Assembly: GCA_002269645.1 (NCBI GenBank)
Contig: NIVC01000114.1
Coordinates: forward strand, 186,001-250,000
Direction of reading: 5' to 3'
Source of the DNA: Macrostomum lignano
Lineage: Eukaryota
DNA length: 64,000 nucleotides
Each line of letters opens with the position of its first letter. Position 1 is the first letter of the stretch. A model generated the notes under the pieces. The model had not been told where the DNA came from, searched no databases, and saw only the letters and a program-made list of their open reading frames with translations. Shown in pieces: positions 62,966 through 64,000 of this stretch. The position numbers and the translations under genes were made by a program.

Positions 62966-63552
62966 AGGGCGCAAAAATCAGCCATATATGCTTCGGCACT
63001 GCAGTCAAATACATAGCAGTGATAGGCTGCTCAGTGTGCACAGGTTGTGTGCAGGCAGAGCCAATGCACAGTTGAGTGAAATCTATAAATAGCAATTGTC
63101 TATGCAGTCCGCCAGTCAGCCAGGGTCAGAATGTACACACGCAGCCACTGAGCATTATTTTCCTCTCCTTTATTGCAGCCAGTACTGACTCCCTTATTGA
63201 GTCTTCACGTACACAGTGAACAGATAAAAGTTGTGGCGCAATCTTAATTGGAATTGAAATTCAGTTAGTAAGATTTTGACCTTTTCTAGCCTCCAATTGA
63301 AAGCTTTGGGAAAACTCGTTTTTCGAATATTTAACCATCTTCCCATTCGAATTTTTAAATGCAATTACACCCACACAATCTCACAAGAATTTGCAATTGA
63401 ATGAAGCAAGTTTGAAAAAAATCGGTTCAGGCATTCAGGCTGTAGACTGGAATACCGGTCAGACAGACAAACCTTAGAGATTCAGTATATTGTGATGATG
63501 ATGATGATTCTTTTAGTTTTTGCGCCTTTATTGATTGAAATATTTTCCTTTG

Positions 63553-63963
63553 TCACTTCCATGTTGTAATCCGCTGGTTCCCTGTAATATATTTTCGCCA
63601 GGCGCTAATTCCAAAAATATATTTTCCATCATCCACTACGGGACCAAAAAAGTTATCCGTCACTTTCATCTGCACCGGTTGTGCTTCTGGTTGTCCTGGT
63701 TCCTGAGCCTGTGGTTGTCCCGGTGAAGATGGGATTTTACCCAATGTGTTTTGCAAGTGGCTCTCTTGAATATCATCAACTGCTTCCTTCACAGTGTCGA
63801 TGTTTTTCTTCGCTTCTGTGTATCCAGGTTTGTGAAATTCGGTGGCTGCTTGGACGAATTCATGGTAAGATTGTTGTTCTTTGTTGATTAGTCCGGTTAC
63901 TCGTTTCTCTGCTTGTGCTAGCTTCTCCAATTCAGATATCTGCTGTGTACTTTTTCGCTCCAT
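63553..63963 (-). CDS. Hypothetical protein, Polinton-like in style (136 aa, probably truncated)
   Basis: Intronless; charged helix, then QP-rich linker, then FGPVVDDGKYIFG. Composition resembles 55138-55914 but no alignment is evident. Confidence 0.4.
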   Translation of the reverse strand: MERKSTQQISELEKLAQAEKRVTGLINKEQQSYHEFVQAATEFHKPGYTEAKKNIDTVKEAVDDIQESHLQNTLGKIPSSPGQPQAQEPGQPEAQPVQMKVTDNFFGPVVDDGKYIFGISAWRKYITGNQRITTWK

Positions 63964-64000
63964 TTCTTATTTTATTTTATTTTTAGTTAAAAAATGAACG

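Overview
Repeat-dense genomic DNA from an invertebrate animal (spliceosomal GT-AG introns, TTAGGG-type repeats; the taxon cannot be fixed from sequence). Host genes: (1) a six-exon synaptobrevin/VAMP gene at 10264-14248 (+), with a second candidate terminal exon at 15902-16059 encoding a poly-glycine luminal tail; (2) a two-exon C9orf78/TLS1-type spliceosomal factor at 18642-22482 (+); (3) a probable two-exon thioredoxin-fold gene lacking CxxC at 2405-770 (-), whose second exon is absent from the ORF track. Nearly everything else is mobile DNA. A MITE cluster at 4.7-9 kb includes hAT (8-bp TSD), MULE (9-bp TSD) and TA-flanked elements. There is also a DD37D (maT) Tc1/mariner with perfect 29-bp TIRs, two related Jockey/I-group LINEs in tandem, several LTRs (two followed by PBS-like sequences), Helitron-like and tRNA-SINE-like fragments, and an AlkB-like dioxygenase fragment cut by an LTR. 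The largest element is a decayed Polinton/adintovirus-like element (~45.2-57 kb) with rve integrase, protein-primed PolB, adenain protease, FtsK/A32 ATPase, parvovirus-type PLA2, and GasderminX-like and pX-like genes, but no recognisable capsid genes. Next to its right end is a ~500-bp tandem module containing (TAACCC)n, which appears related to two satellites in this window. All family assignments come from motif recognition by eye; no database search was run.
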